Source: the human T2T-CHM13v2.0 reference genome, Homo sapiens. Taken from it: 64,000 nucleotides of DNA. This document shows positions 46,341 through 64,000 of this stretch, piece after piece. The notes below the pieces were generated by a model. The model saw nothing but the letters and a program-made list of their open reading frames with translations. It ran no database searches and was not told the origin of the DNA. The stretch lies in NCBI RefSeq assembly GCF_009914755.1, contig NC_060925.1; one strand, given 5' to 3'. Each line of letters starts with the position of its first letter. The first letter of the stretch is position 1. A program made the translations under genes and the position numbers.

Positions 46341-49300
46341 AGTTCTGCCTTCAAGATCCAATCACCTCTTAAAGGCCCTACCTCTCAATACTGCCACAGT
46401 GGGGGTTAAATTTCAACACGAGTTTTGGAGGGGACCAATACTGAAACTATAGCACTGCCCAAGGTTCAAAGAGGTTAAGTATTTTATACCAAAGATCAAA
46501 GAGCTATACGTGGCAGAGCTAGGATTTAATCTCAGGTTGATCTGCCACCAAAGTTGACTCTTAAGACAGGGAAGTATTAGGAAGCAATTTCAAAAGTCCT
46601 GACAAGTGGTGATGGACTAGGGGAGGGCAGGGGGAAAAAGACAGGAAAACGGATGTACAACTAAGTTACAATTGCATAGCACACATGACATGGTAATTGA
46701 GAAATCTTTAGATAGAGAGAATGGTCAAAGATGACCCAAAGTTTCAAACATGAATGACCAACAGAAAGGTGGCACCAGACTGAAAATCCAGAACCTAAGA
46801 GGCAAAGTCAATTAAAGGGATTCTGAATATATTGAATTTGATGCGTTGATGATAACCATGTGGAGATAACTTGCTAACATTTGGAAAAATTTTATTATTC
46901 CTTATACTCTGTTCCTCATTTATAACTCCTCATTCTTTTATTTAAAAAATTTTAAGAACAACTGAAAAATCAACAGCTCTTCTTAGATCCTTCAGAGAAG
47001 TGAGGTCACGGGACAAATCACTGCCTCTAAAATTAGAGAGACAGATACAGAGAATTACAACTTAACCAAGGCAGAAACCCATGAGCAGAAACTTCTGTGG
47101 GAACCAGTATTAGGGTAGAACAACTTAAACTGTAATTGATAAATTGCTAGAGGCTCCATTGTGGACAAGTCTGAGAAATAAAAACTCCAGGGGGTCCCAG
47201 TCAGAGGGAGGCCTCACAAGTTTTTTGTGAGGTTTAGCTCCATGAGCTCTACCAGGTTCTCACAGAGAGTACTAGAGAAAAATCCCTTTATACTTCTAGG
47301 GAAAAGTAACCATTTTGAAATATGCCAGAGCATTCTGTTCTTCTGGACAAGGTCTGCCTTCAAGGGAAACGATTTTACCAGAGCCTAACCTAATGGGGTT
47401 TTATCAGCGCCTAAAACCAACTGGGGGGAAGAGAAATACCCAACTCCAGCCCACTGCAGCCATCGTGTCCCACATTGCAAGTTGAGGTGGATATTGAGAA
47501 GCACTGTGAAGTTTACAGCCCAGGGGCACAGGCTTACTAAAAAACTGAGACCTCATTATATAGAATGCTTATCCTCTCCCTACGTCTTAACTCCACACCA
47601 CTAAGGACTGTTTGCCAGAGTTCCTTTTACCCAGTACATTGTATCTGGTGTGCAACAAAAAAAAGTGTAAGACATACTGAAAGTCAAAAAACATAGTTTA
47701 AAAAGACAGAGCAAGCATTATAACCAAGCTCAGGTATAGCAGGGATGTTGGAATTATCAGACCAGGATTTTAAAACAACTATGATTAATATATTAAGGCC
47801 TGTAATGGAAATAGTAGACGACATACAAGAACAAATGGGTAAGCAGAGGGATGGAGATTCTAAGAAAGAATTTTAATAATGCTAAAGATAAAAAAACACT
47901 GCAACAAAAAGGAAGAATGCCTTTGATGGGCTCATTAGCACACTAGACGTGGCTGAGGAATCTCTCAGATTGAGGATATGGCAATAGAAACTTCCAAAGA
48001 GAAAAGAGACTGAAAAAAAAAAAGGAAGAGAATTTCAAGAACTGTGGGACAACTACAAAAGGTGGAAAATAGGCATAATGGAAATATCAAAAGGAGGAGA
48101 AAAAGAGAAAGGAACAGAAGAAATACTTGAAGCAATAATGACTGAGAATTTCTCCAAATTAATGGCAGTTAACCAAACCTCAGATCCAGGAAGCTCAGAG
48201 AACGCAAAGCAGAATAAATGCCAAAAACAACAACAAAGCCCTACACCTAGTCATATTATATTCAAACCACAGAAAATCAAAGATGGAGAAGTCAGGAAGT
48301 GGGAAAAATCCCATTACCTATAGAGGAGGAAAGGATAAAACTACATTAGACTTCTCAGAAACCATGCAAGCAAGAGAGAGGAGAGTGAAATAAAGTGTTA
48401 AGACAGAAAAAAAAAGCACCAACCTAAAATTCTGTGAAATTGTCCTTCAAAAGTGGAAGAGAAATAATTACTCAGACAAACAAAAACTGAGAGAATTTGT
48501 TGCCTGCCTTGAAAGAAATGCTAAGACAGTTTTTTCAGAGACAAGGAAAATGATATAGGTCAGAAACTCTGTTCTATATAAAGAAGAGCATCAGAGAAGA
48601 AATAAGTGAAGGTAAAATAGAACTTATTTTTCTTATACTTAATTGATCTAACATAATAGTTTGCTCAAAATAATTATAGCAACAAAGTATTATATTATGG
48701 ATACTTTGTGTGTCTATACATGCTTATATATGTTTATGTATTAAGTAAAATGAATGAGTGATTAAAAGGATGAGAGGGAGGAATTAGGAATATTTTGTTA
48801 TTATAAGGTACTTTCACCATCCCTGAAGTGTTATAGTGTTATTTGAAAGTAGACTTGGATTAATTGTAAACATATATTGCAAATTCTAGGGCAACCTCTA
48901 AAAAACATTTTTTAAAAAGTATATATTAATTAATATGCTAAGAAAGGAGAGAAAATGGAATAATACAAAATGCTAAATTAAAGCCACAAAAGGCAGAAAA
49001 AGAATAGAAGACAAAAATAGGAACAAAGAATAATGAATAGAAAATAGTAATAACTATGGTAGATATTAATCCAAATGTATCAATAATAATTTTAAACATC
49101 AGTTGTCTAATATACCAATGAAAAGACAGATTGTCAGAGTAGATTAAAAAAAATCCAACTATATGTTGTATACAAGAAACCCACTTTTAATATAAACACA
49201 CAGATTAAAAGTAAATTAATGGAGAAAGCCATACTATGCTAGTTCTAATCAAAAGAGAGTGTGAGAAACTATATTAATTTTAGGCAGCAGACTTCCGAGC

Positions 49301-49986
49301 AAGGAAAGTTATCAAAGGTAAAGAGAGGCATTAGACAATGATAAAAGGGTTAATTCTCTAAGAAGACAGGACAATTCTTAATGTGTGTGCACCTAAAAAC
49401 AGAGCATCAAAATATGTGAGGCAAAAATGGATAGAATCGCAAGGATAAATAGAAGAAACCACTATTATAGTTGGAGACTTCAACACTCCTCCATCAGAAA
49501 TGGACAAATCCAGCAGGCAGAAAATCAGTAAGGACATAATTGAACTCAATAGCACCATTAATCAGGTGGATATAATTAACATCTATAGATGACTTCATCC
49601 AACAACAGCAGAAAACACATTCTTCTGAAGCTCACACAGAACATCTACCAAGATGATCACATTCTGGGCCATAAAACACACCTTAACAAATTTAAATGAA
49701 TAGAAATCACGCCATGTCTGCCCTCAGATGTCAATGGAACTAAACTAGAAATGTATCACAGAAAGATAGCTGAAAAACCCTAAAATACTTGGGACATAAA
49801 ACACTTCTACACAACACATGATGGAAAAAAGAAATCTCAAGAGACATTTAAAAATATTTTGAAGTAAATGAAAATGAAAATACAACTTATCAAAATTTGT
49901 GGGATGCAGTGAAAGCAGCACTTAGAGGGAAAGTTATAGCATTGAATGCATGCATTAGAAAAGAACAAAGATTTAAAATTAATAAT

Positions 49987-50355
49987 TGTTATGTACTGAA
50001 TGTTTGTGTCCCCCTGAAATTCATATGTTAAAGCTCTAACCTTGAATGTGATGGTGTTAGGAGGTGGGACCTTTGGAAAATAATTAGATTTAGATGAAGT
50101 CATGAAGGTGGAGCCCCCATGATGAGCTCAGTGCCCTTATAAGAAGAGGAAGAAGCACCAGAGCTTCCTTTCTCCACCATGTGAAGACACAGCAAGAAGG
50201 CAGCCCTCTGCAAGACACGAAAGGGACGCTCACCAGAACCCAATTATCAGGGTGATCTCAAACTTCCCAGCCTCCAGAACTGTGAGAAATAAATGTCTGT
50301 TGTTCAAGCCACAGTCCCTGGTATTTTGTTATAGCATCCCAAGTGGACGAAAACA
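49987..50355 (+). mobile_element. MaLR LTR (MLT1A/MST-like) inserted in L1
   Basis: tgttatgtactgaatgtttgtgtcccc...gaaataaatgtctgttgttcaagcc...aaaaca. Confidence 0.82.
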
Positions 50356-50448
50356 ATAAATAATCTAAGCTTCTACCTAGGGAAACCAGAAAAAGAAGAC
50401 CAAATTATAGACAAAGTAAGCAAAAGAAAAGAAATAATAAAAATTAGA

Positions 50449-50734
<286 letters not shown>

Positions 50735-51380
50735 TTAGAGACAAAATCAACAAAATTCAAAACAGGAAATCAATAGATAAACTCAATGAAACAAAAAAAC
50801 TGGTTGAAAAGACCTATAAAATTGCTGAGCCTCTAGCCAGGCTAATTTAGAAAAAAAGAGAGAAGACACAAATTACTAATATTAGAAATGAAAGAGGGGG
50901 CATCACTACAAATCTCATGGACATTACAAGGATAATAAATAGATATATGAGTGACTGTATGCCCACAAATTTGATAACCTCCTATATGAAATGAACCAAT
51001 TACTTGAAAGACACAATCTGCCAAAACTCTCACTCACACACACAATCTAAATAGGCCTATATCTATGAAAAAAATTGAATCAATAATTAATAACCTTCCA
51101 AAGCAAAAAGTACCACACTCAGATGGATTCACTGGTGAATTCTACCAAACATTTAAGGAAGAAATTATGCCATTTCTTTATAATCTCTCCCAAAAGATAG
51201 AAGCAGAGAGAATATTTTCTAACTCATTCTATGAAGCCAGAATTACTCTAATACCAAAATCAGACAAAAACATTATAGAAAAGAAAACTACAGACAAATA
51301 TCTCTCATGAACATAGATGCAAAAATCCTCAACAGAATACTAGCAAATGAAATCCAATAATGTACAAAAAGAATTATACA

Positions 51381-51687
51381 GGCCAGGCATGGTAGCTCAT
51401 GGGATTACATGGTAGTGTAATCCCAGTGCTTTGGGAGGCCAGTAGGAGGACTGCATGAGCCCAGGAGTTTGAGACCAGCCTGGGCAACATAGTGAGACAC
51501 TGTCTCTACAAAAAATAAAAAATTAGCTGAGTGTGGTGTCACATGCCTGTAGTCCCAGCTACTTGGGAGGCTGAGGCAGAAGGATTGCTTGAGCCCAGGA
51601 GTTCAAGGGTGTAGTGAGCTATGATCAAGCCACTACACTTCAGCCTGGGTGACAGAGCAAGATCATGTCTCTTAAAAAAAAAAAAAA
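51381..51687 (+). mobile_element. Alu (AluJ-like)
   Basis: Alu consensus resemblance. Confidence 0.88.
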
Positions 51688-52883
51688 GTATACACCATGA
51701 CTGAATAGGTCATATCCCAGGTATGCAAGGCTGATTCAACATTAAAAAATCAATTAATGCGATGCGTCTCATCAACAGGCTAAAGAAAAAATCATACAAT
51801 CATATCAATAGATACAGAAAAAGCATTTGACAAAATCCAATACCTATTCACAATGAAAACTGTCAGTAAACTAGCAATAGAGGGGAAATCCTCAACTTGA
51901 TAAAGAACATTTGCAAAAACCCTGCAGCTAACATCATACTTAAGGGTAAAAAACTGAAAGTCTTCCTATAAGATCAGAATAAGGCAAGAATGTCCCCGCT
52001 AACCATTCCTTTTCAAGATTGTACTGGAAGTCCTAGCAAATGAAATAAGACCAGAAAAGGAAAGAAAAGATATTCGGATTGCAAAGGAAGAAATAAAACT
52101 GCCTTTGTTTTCAGATGACATAATTGTCTATGTAGAAAATCTGAAAGAATCAACAAAAATCTCCTGGAACAATAAGTAATTATAGCAAGGTTGCAGAATA
52201 CAATGTTAATATATAAAAGTCAATCACTTTCCTATATACCAGCAATGAACAAACAGAATTTGAAATTAAAAACACAATACTATTTACATTTGCATCTCTA
52301 AAAATGAAATACTTAGATATAAATCTAACAAAATATGTACAGGATAAATATGAGGAAAACTACCAAACTCCAATGAAAGAAATCAAAGAACTAAATACGT
52401 GGAGAGATATTCCAAGTTCATAGATAGAAAGAGACAATATTGTCAAGTTATGTTATTCCCAACTCAATCTGTAGATTCAACACAATCCCAATCAAAATTC
52501 CAACGAATTATTTTGTGAATATTGATAAACGGATTCTAAAGTTGATATAGAAAGGCAAAAGACCCAGCATAGCCAATCCAATGTTGAAGGAGAAAAACAA
52601 AGTTGGAGGACCAACATTACCTGATATCAAGATTTACTATAAAGCTACAGTAGTCAAGACAATGTGCTACTGGTGAAGGAATAAACAAATCAATTAATGG
52701 AACAGAATAGTGTCCAGAAATAGGCTGCCACAAATATAGTCAACTGATTTTTGACAAAGGAGCAAAGGCAATTCAATAGACAGTCTTTTCAACAAATAGT
52801 TCTAGAACAACCGGATTTCCACACGTGAACGTATGAATCTAGACACAGACTTTATACCTCTTATGAAAATTAACTCAAAATGA

Positions 52884-53216
<333 letters not shown>

Positions 53217-53429
53217 TTACAGCCTTAAATGATGTAAAACTACACTAAACTATATAAACACAAAACTATAAAACTCCTAGATGATAGCATAGGAGAAAAT
53301 ACAGATAACTTTGGGAATGGCAATGACTTTATAGATACAACATTGAAAGCAAGAAATATTAATAAGCTACACTTCATTAAAATTGAAAACTTCTGCTCTG
53401 TGAAAGAAACTCAAGAAAATGAGAAGACA

Positions 53430-54460
53430 GGAATGTAAAATGATACAGTCACTGTAGAAAACAGTATGGGAGTTCCTCAAAAAAATTGAAAATAGAATTA
53501 CCATCTGATCCAGCAATTACACTTGTGGATATATTCCCAAAAGAATTAAAAGTAGGGTCTTGAAGAGATATTTGTACACCCATGTTCATAGCAGCATTAG
53601 TCACAATATCTAAAACATGGAAGCAATTATTGCTTTTGCTTATGCTATTGCTTGCATATTTGGCCCTCCAAACCTCAGGCTGAAATTTAATCTCATGTTG
53701 GAGGTGGGGCCTAATGAGAAGTGTTTGAGTCATGGCAGTAGATCTCTCATGAATGGCTTTGCTCTACTAGAGCAAAGATTGTTAAAAAGTCTGGCACCTT
53801 CACCCACACCCATGCTGCTGTTCTCTCATCATGTGATCTCTGCACACGCAAGTTCCACTTCCCCTTCTACCATGAATGGAAGCAGCTTGCGGCCCACACC
53901 ATATGCAGATGCCAATGGCATACTTCTTGCGCAGCTTGCAGAACCATGAGCCAAATGAACTGCTTTTCTTTATAAATTACCTAGCTCAGGTAGTCCTTTA
54001 TAGTAGCACTAAATGGGCTAAAACAACTCAAGTGTCCATCAACAGACGAATGGATAAGTAACGTGTAGAATGGAATATTATTCAGTTTTTAAAAGGAGGG
54101 AAATTCTGACATATGCTACAACATAAATGAACCTTGAAGACATTATGCTAAGTGAAATAAGCCAGTCTTAAAGTGATAAATACTGTGTGATTACACTTAT
54201 ATGAGATACTTAGAGTGGTCGAACTCACAGAGACAGAAAGTAGATTAGTGGTTGCAAAGGGCTGGGGAAAGGGGAAATAGGAGTTATTGTTTAATGGGCA
54301 TAGAGTTTCAGTTTTCACAAGAAGAAAAGAGTTATGGAGATGGATGGTGGTGATGGTAGCACAACATTATGAATGCATTTAATACAACTGAGCTGTGTAC
54401 TTAAAATGAGTAAGATGATAAATTTTATGTTATATATATTTTACTACAATAAAATTTTTT
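53430..54460 (+). mobile_element. L1MA/MB-type 3' fragment nested in the L1MC, itself containing an MST LTR (53642-54025)
   Basis: L1 3'-end motifs; degenerate TSD aaatgagaaga/gaatgggaaga; tgctattgcttgcatatttggccctcc...gggctaaaaca LTR. Confidence 0.75.
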
Positions 54461-55719
54461 AAAAGAATGGGAAGATAAGCCACATACTGGGGAAAATATT
54501 TGCAAAAGACATATTCAAAATAAACAAAGAACTCTTAAAACTGAACAATAAGAAAACAAACAACCCGATTAAAAAATAGGCAAAAGACCTGTACAGTCAC
54601 TTTACCAAAGAAGGTATACAGATGGCAAGTAAGCATGTACAAAGATGCTCAACATTACATGTAACGAGGGAAATTCGAACCAAGACAACAGTGAGATACC
54701 ACTATACATCTATTAGAATGGCCAAAATCCAGAAAATAGACAATACCAGGTGTGGCTGAGGATGTAGAGCAAGAGGAATGCTCATTCATTGCTGATAGGA
54801 ATGTACATTTGTACAGACACTTTGGAAGACAGATTGGTGGTTGTTAAAAAGAACCTGGCACCTTTCCCAATACCCTTGCTCTGTTCTCTCATCATGTGAT
54901 CTCTGCACATGCCAGCTCCCCTTCCCCTCTTGCCATGAATGGAAGTAGCTTGAGGCTCCTACCAGAAGCAGATGCAAAGGTAAACATACTCTTACTATAT
55001 AATTCTGCATTCTGGCTCCTTGATATTTACCCAAAGGAGTTGAAAAGTTACTTCCACACAAAAGCCTGCACATGGATGTTTATAGCACCTTTATTCACAG
55101 TTGCCAAAACGTGGATGCCAAGATGTCCTTCAGTAGGCGAATGGATAAATTGTGGTACATTCAGAAAATGGAATATGATTCAGTACTAAAAAGAAATGAG
55201 ATATCAAGCCATGAAAAGATATGAAGGAAACTTATATACATATTACTAAATAAAAGAAGCCAATCTGAAAAAGTCACCTACTATCTGATTCCAACTATAT
55301 AATATACTGGAAAAGGCAAAACTATGGAGACAGTAAAAAGATCAGTGGTTGTCAGGAGTCAAGGGGCTGGGAATAATGGACTGGCAAAGCACAGATTTTA
55401 AGGGCAGTGAAAATATGCTGTACAATACTGTCATGGTGGATCTGTGTCATTATACATTTGTGAAAACCTGTAGAATGTTCACACCAAGAGTGAACCCTGA
55501 TGCAAACTATGGGCTTTGGGTGATAATGATGTGCTAATGTAGGTTCGTTGATTGGAACAAATATACCACCTCGGTGAGGGATGTTCATGGTGGGGGAGGC
55601 TGTGCACGTGTGAGAGCAGTGGATATATGAAAAATCCCCATACCTCCTGTTCAATTCTGTTATGAACCTAAAACTGCTCTAAAAAGTCATCTAATTTTTA
55701 AAATTTTAACATAAAATTA

Positions 55720-58170
<2,451 letters not shown>

Positions 58171-59324
58171 TTGGTACAATGATATCCTGTTCATGTACCA
58201 ATGCTTTATTTTTAAAGGATGGAACTTAAGAAATGACAAGGATTCTGCAAACATCCCATAAAAGACACTTCCTGGCAGCATTTGTTGGTCTGTGAATTGA
58301 ATATGACTATGTTTTGCTCCTGAATTTCAAATACAGATGATAGTCATGTTATTCTCGGTGATAACTGACTTTTATAATCTCGCTGTCATATCATAATTGT
58401 TAAAATGGGTTTTTCCTGCTGACACATTTTCAGTGACTGAGGCAACAAATGTTTACAGTTTCCTATAGCTGCACGGCCAACTTGATGTCTTTTTCTTCTT
58501 CTATTTCATAGCCACAGCCAAAGTGGAACAAAATCTACCAACTTGGTCAACTAAGACAAGACCTCTGTGCATTTCACAACTATGTAGATTCCAGGGAGCT
58601 GAGGGTATTTCTGTTTCCTTTTCTTCCAGAAAAGTACATATAGGTCAGGTAACCCAGGCCTCTAGCAAAGCATGGCATTTGGCTGAGGAGACTGCCCACC
58701 TGAGGCCCATGGTTGTTCAGATAAAGGCCATCCCGGCTCATCGGCTAGGACATGGGAAAGCAGACAAAGGGCGAAATTTCCACCAGGCAGCCCCTCTCAA
58801 AGTGGTGGGAAGAATAGACAAGAAGTTAGTTATTCATTTCTCTTGTTCCACTTTTTTAAAAAAACTATTTTTAAGTTTTTCCTAAGTATTAAATGTATGT
58901 AGTCCTAATGTGGAGGGATGTTTATGAAGTAGAGTGGGAAATAAATGATTAATAAGTATATTAAAATAGTTAAAACTCATGTGGTGCTTTTTATATGCCA
59001 GATACTGCTCTAAGAGCTTTACATGTATTAACTAATTTAATCCTGATAAATATCCTAATAAGGTGGGTATCATTGTTATCTTGATTTTATTAGGAAACTA
59101 TCACAGGAGGGCTTGCCAAATAATATGGATAGTACCATATGTACAATTTTAAAATCCACATATGAAAATATGATGTGGAGGTGAGGTTCCCCCTCTCTAC
59201 ACCTGGAGTGTGGGAGTCAGTAGAGGGATAGAAAATTTTCCACTTTTGTTGCATGTACATCTGTTTGTTTAGATTTTTTTTACAATGAGTATGTTTTACT
59301 TTTGTAGGTTAAAAGATTATTTTA

Positions 59325-59616
<292 letters not shown>

Positions 59617-62600
59617 TTAAATTAAAATTTAATTTGAATTATTCAGCAACATAAGGTAATACACACTCATTGCAGAATTTTTGAAAAAGGAAGCAAGCAA
59701 AAATGAGAAAATAAAAATGATCTGTAATCTCACCACATAGAGGAAATATGCATTTTGGTGTTTACCTTTCAGTTATTTTTTCTTTATATAAATATATAAT
59801 TTCATGTTTACCAAAAAATTGGGTCACACCGTGATGCTGTTTTCAAAACTGCTTTCTTTCAGCTACCAATATTATCATGAACAACTTTCCATGTCATTAA
59901 ATATCCTTCTGCCAGGCTACACAGTATGGCCTTCTATGACTGTACGGTATTTTTAGTCACTTACTGCTGAACTTTTCTTTTGCTGTTGTAAGTGTAACAT
60001 AGCGATTAATTGAACATTTAGTGTGGCATAATAACATGATTGAGAAATCAGCCATATCTGGTTTTCTTGGCTGTGGACTCTTCAGAAAAGAATGTGAAGC
60101 ATTTTCTCCACATCCTGCCAAGGGGGCAGCCAGGGCTTCAAGTCCAGGATGTCAAAGAGGTTGGAAGGTGGTTTTTCCATTGAAAAGCAGAGTAGCCTTA
60201 CCTGTGGGCAGTGACTTCCAGCACCAGGAAAGAGGGTGGGAGATCACGAGTGTCCACAAGTGGCAGCAGTTGAGATCCAACTGGAACTCTTCCCTCCACC
60301 CTGGGGATGGCACAACCTGAGGTAGAGCTGGGGGTGAGGGGGCTTGAAGAAAGCCCACTAAGTAGCTTGCTGCTGGGAGAGACCACTGTGAGTGGGCAGC
60401 TCCCCAGCCTGCCTGGAGAAGCAGTACCCACAGACAGGGAGGACCTGCCTACAGTCTGAGGGGCAGCCATTAGCAGTGGCGAGCTCCACTGAATCCCAAC
60501 CAGCTGCTCCAGTCCTGCAAGAACGAACTCTTTGTTTATTTGGGGGTTTTTGTTTTGTTTTATTTTTTGTAAAATCCAATGAGCCAAGAGAGGAAGCCCT
60601 AAAAATGATATTAGACTTTTCACCCACTGTGGATGGGATTTGGGACCAGATTTAAATAAATGTGGGAAAATAAAAAATACTGGCATGTCTTTCCCATCAA
60701 GTGTCGTGAAGCTATTCCTTCCTCATTAATACGCAAATATGCAACACCATGAGGAGCATTCATGTGTTCATCCATGATCACTGGTTGTTCATTTCATACT
60801 TCTCCTTGGACCCCTAAGGGATGGCAGAGTCTGTTGAGTCAGCCAACTCCACGGACGAAGCCTCCTGGATTAAGGGACCTGAACTGAGCCAAAACAGATA
60901 AGGGTGGGAGAACCTGGGTCCAGTCCTCGCTGTGTCACGAATGTGCTTTAGAGTCTGAGCAAGTTTCTCACCTTTCTGTTCCTAAATAGAGGATTAACAA
61001 ATAGGCTGCTCTGTAAAGCTCTGGGAATCTGTGGGTCATTGGCACTTGGGAGCCCTCAGCCTGTAGGGAATCTAGACAGACTCACACATCCACAGAAACC
61101 GCAAGCAGCTCCACATTCTCCCATGTGCTCCAGTCAAACCAGATTGCTGGCCATGTTCCAGAGCATACCCTACATTTCACACCTCCATATTCTTGCTCTT
61201 GCTGTTCCCTCCATCTAAAGTCAGTGTTCCTCATGTCCGCCTCTTGAAATCCTAGTCATCCTTTAAGATTCAACAAAACCAACTCTCCTTCACAAGCCTG
61301 CCCCATTCCCTCTACGGGGAGCGTCTTTCTTTCTTCTTCCACGGGCATCTTCCGCCTCTGACTGCAGTCATCTGGACACATTTTGCAAGCTCCCTGAAGG
61401 CAAGGGCTGGGCCTCATTCATCTCTGCATCCGCCACGGGACCCAGCTCAGGATCCTGCAAGCTATGGAGCAGCCAAATGTTTGTGGAACTAAAATTGGGA
61501 CCTGGGCCTAGGCTTGGATGAAGTTTCGGGCTATTTCAGGCCCTGGAATGGGTGGGGCGATGAAGGGAATGTTGGGGTTGGGAGATAAAAGACCCGAGCG
61601 GGAATGAGGCTTGGGCTTCACTGACTGGAACAGCCTCTCCATCCCCACCCCTTGATGTCTCCTCATCTAGCCCGAACAGAAACAGGGAAACACTGTGTAC
61701 TTGCGACTCTCTTCCATCAGTCTCTTGAGCCCTTCCAGGCCCTCACATCACCCACTCCTTCCCTGAACCCCTATAAAGAGGTCAAAGGGCCAAGCGGGTC
61801 TGCAGGAAATGGCTGAAGGGCCTTTGTGGAGAGGCCAAGGTCCAAGCTCCTGGTTCTGGCATGAGATCCATCGTTGCCGTTGGTCTAAAATATTGTGTTG
61901 ACCCTCCGTCAGGACTCTGTGGAAGTGTGGAAGTGGCATGAGCTCATGTTGGAGGCTGAAGAGCTCTGTCCTCACTGCTGCAGAATGGGACAAATGCTGA
62001 GGGTGTGGAGGACAAGGCTTAACTCTTTCCCCGGGGAAGAGGCCAGGCTTGCGTTGTGCATGTGGAGCCTTCAACCCTTAAAAGGCTGTCCAGGCAGAGC
62101 TCCTGGAATCGTGGAGGAGAAGGGAGGTTTTCAAGACCAGGGTTGAGAGGCATGAGGAGCAGCCTTGGGAATCCAGGTTGGTTGCAGGGAGGGCTTGAGA
62201 GGGTGAAATGGTTAATGGTTTGTTGAAAAACAGGGAGAGTCCCTCCTCCAGGGGCCCAGCTGGCTGCAAAGCCAGGAGCAGAGACTCCAAGGGTGATGCA
62301 ATGGGGCCCGCCCTGCACACCAGAGAGGGTGAGGAAGGCAGGCTCCCACCCCGCAGCAGCCTCCGCACCACCAGCAGCCGACCACTCTCCTCTGGCTCCA
62401 GCAAACCAGCCACAGGCCGGGCCCTTCAGGGCAAAGGGGCAAGACCCTGAGCACCTGAGCTTTGGGAGATGGCAGCTTCTGTCTGTTCCACTCCATCAGC
62501 CCCAGAGCCTTTCCAGTCAAGACAAATCCTCTACTAGCCCCCAGCAGGCATCCTGAAGGAGTACCCACCAGGATATCAAACCATCCTGGCCACCTGTGTC

Positions 62601-64000
62601 TCTGCGATTCCAGGACTATTTCCAGTCCTAGAGGCAGGTTGCAGGTTATGGGTAGAGAGGCAGGCCTGGGAGAGGCAAAGACAGGCAGTGTCCTCCCTTA
62701 TCCCAGAAGCTGACACTTACATCTCACCAGCCCACTCACCATTGCCCTGGGGGAGCACATCTGCCAGGGAAGCAGTATCCCAGAAGCTTCTAAAAGACTT
62801 GGGGCTACTTCAAGGGTGGGTCAGCATCTCTGAACTCGGGAGAGAGACTGCTCTTCCTTCCCTAGCATGGGGCTAGACACAGCCTCAGAAGCAGGGAGAG
62901 GAAGCATGCCACACACTCTGGAAGACCGCTCAGGGTGGGGCACATGGAGACAGCAAGGAGAGGGTGTGCCCTCTCAGACAGTACTGGGAACCTTGATTTT
63001 CTGACAAAGCTCTGCTATGGACTCTAAGCCCCATGAGGACAGGAACTGTGTCTGTCTTGTTTACTGTGGGATCCCTGGCGCTCAGCACAGCTCCCGAGAC
63101 AAAGCTGATGCTCAGTAAATAACTGACTGGGCAGAGGCCAAAGTCCAAGGCCAGTTTCACAATTTCTACTTTTTTGGTAAACTCTTCACCATCCCCACCT
63201 CCATCCTCCCCGCTCCCATATACACACTTAAGAGCAGGAAAAAACATACAAAGTAGCACAAACAGTCATCAGAACAGATTTCTTGAACATTGTTTACAAT
63301 TGGTGGATGCCTTCTCAGTATGAACTTTAATGTGTGGCAGCTTTGGGAACTGAAGTAAGATACATCAGGATCTCTGGTCCAACCTAGAAAAAAAGCATGT
63401 GAGGAAGTTCCAAGGGGCTGCTGGTCACACAGCCAGACCCCGGGGCCAGGTTGGGCCAGGAAAGCAGCAATTTCTCATGGCTGGGGCAGTGTCAGCCCTC
63501 CCTTTTGAGGAAACACATCCACATGTCAACAAGTACTCAAAACCAGCAATGACAATCCTTTCCTGCAGCAGACGGGTTTCTGCTTATTCCTGTCATTCCG
63601 GGAAGCGGAGCGAAGAGAGAATTCCAAATTCTCAACAATAGCTCCTTTGCCCTCCATGGTTAGCCTGGACCCACATCTTAGTACCTTACATTTGCACAAT
63701 ATTTGCAACTTGTTCAAAGCTTTTGCATATTTATGATCTTACTGGATTAGGTCATTACAAGCCCCAGATGGAGAGCTATCAACCTGTCTTGCATGAGGAA
63801 GAGGAGGTCAAAAAAGGTCCAGGATGCCAGTGGCCAAGTTAGTAGCAGAGTGAAGATTTGAGCCCACATCTCTGCCCAGTTTTCCTGCTTCCTCACACCA
63901 TGCAGCCTCGCCATGAGTCAGCTATCACGAGTTCCAGACACAGGACCTCAGATCCTCTAGGGCCAAAAGGTGCCTCCTTATCCTGGTCCTTGTTTACAGT

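Noticed and set aside
47212-47232. Hairpin cctcacaa-gtttt-ttgtgagg resembling an intrinsic terminator
   Set aside because: 8-bp stem inside an L1 5' region of a eukaryotic genome; chance-level
60000-64000. Start of the downstream gene (AHCYL1) or a CpG-island promoter
   Set aside because: CpG-poor, with no recognisable exon or coding match within the window

Overview
Human (primate) genomic DNA containing the 3' part of CSF1 (M-CSF) on the + strand. It holds coding exons 4-8 (1430-1600, 5964-6111, 7283-8307, 8893-8945, 9264-9306 incl. stop) and two alternative 3'-UTR terminal exons (10180-~10860 and 12969-~15110). The remaining ~49 kb is repeat-rich intergenic DNA: about 25 Alus, a near full-length nested L1MC-type element, other L1, L2 and MIR fragments, MaLR/ERVL LTRs and hAT MITEs. 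From memory of 1p13.3 the next gene is AHCYL1, but no AHCYL1 sequence is visible here. The coding exons sum to 1440 nt (479 aa + stop), and internal exon-6 splice sites reproduce the known 554/438/256-aa isoforms exactly. I found no new protein-coding gene or CRISPR-like system; nearly all other ORFs in the track are repeat-derived or chance. The best leads are: (1) the proximal terminal exon and its splice acceptor are built from an antisense L3/CR1 reverse-transcriptase fossil, followed by an L2-supplied AATAAA and a branchpoint/QKI-motif array; (2) a ~120-bp micro-inversion in intron 4 that flips an Alu tail, its TSD and a CTCF-like motif; (3) an orphan polyadenylated retro-insert splitting an MST LTR; (4) a 23-bp inverted repeat in intron 3; (5) a probable locally templated LTR-fragment insertion. 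Repeat subfamily names come from recalled consensus resemblance and their boundaries are approximate.
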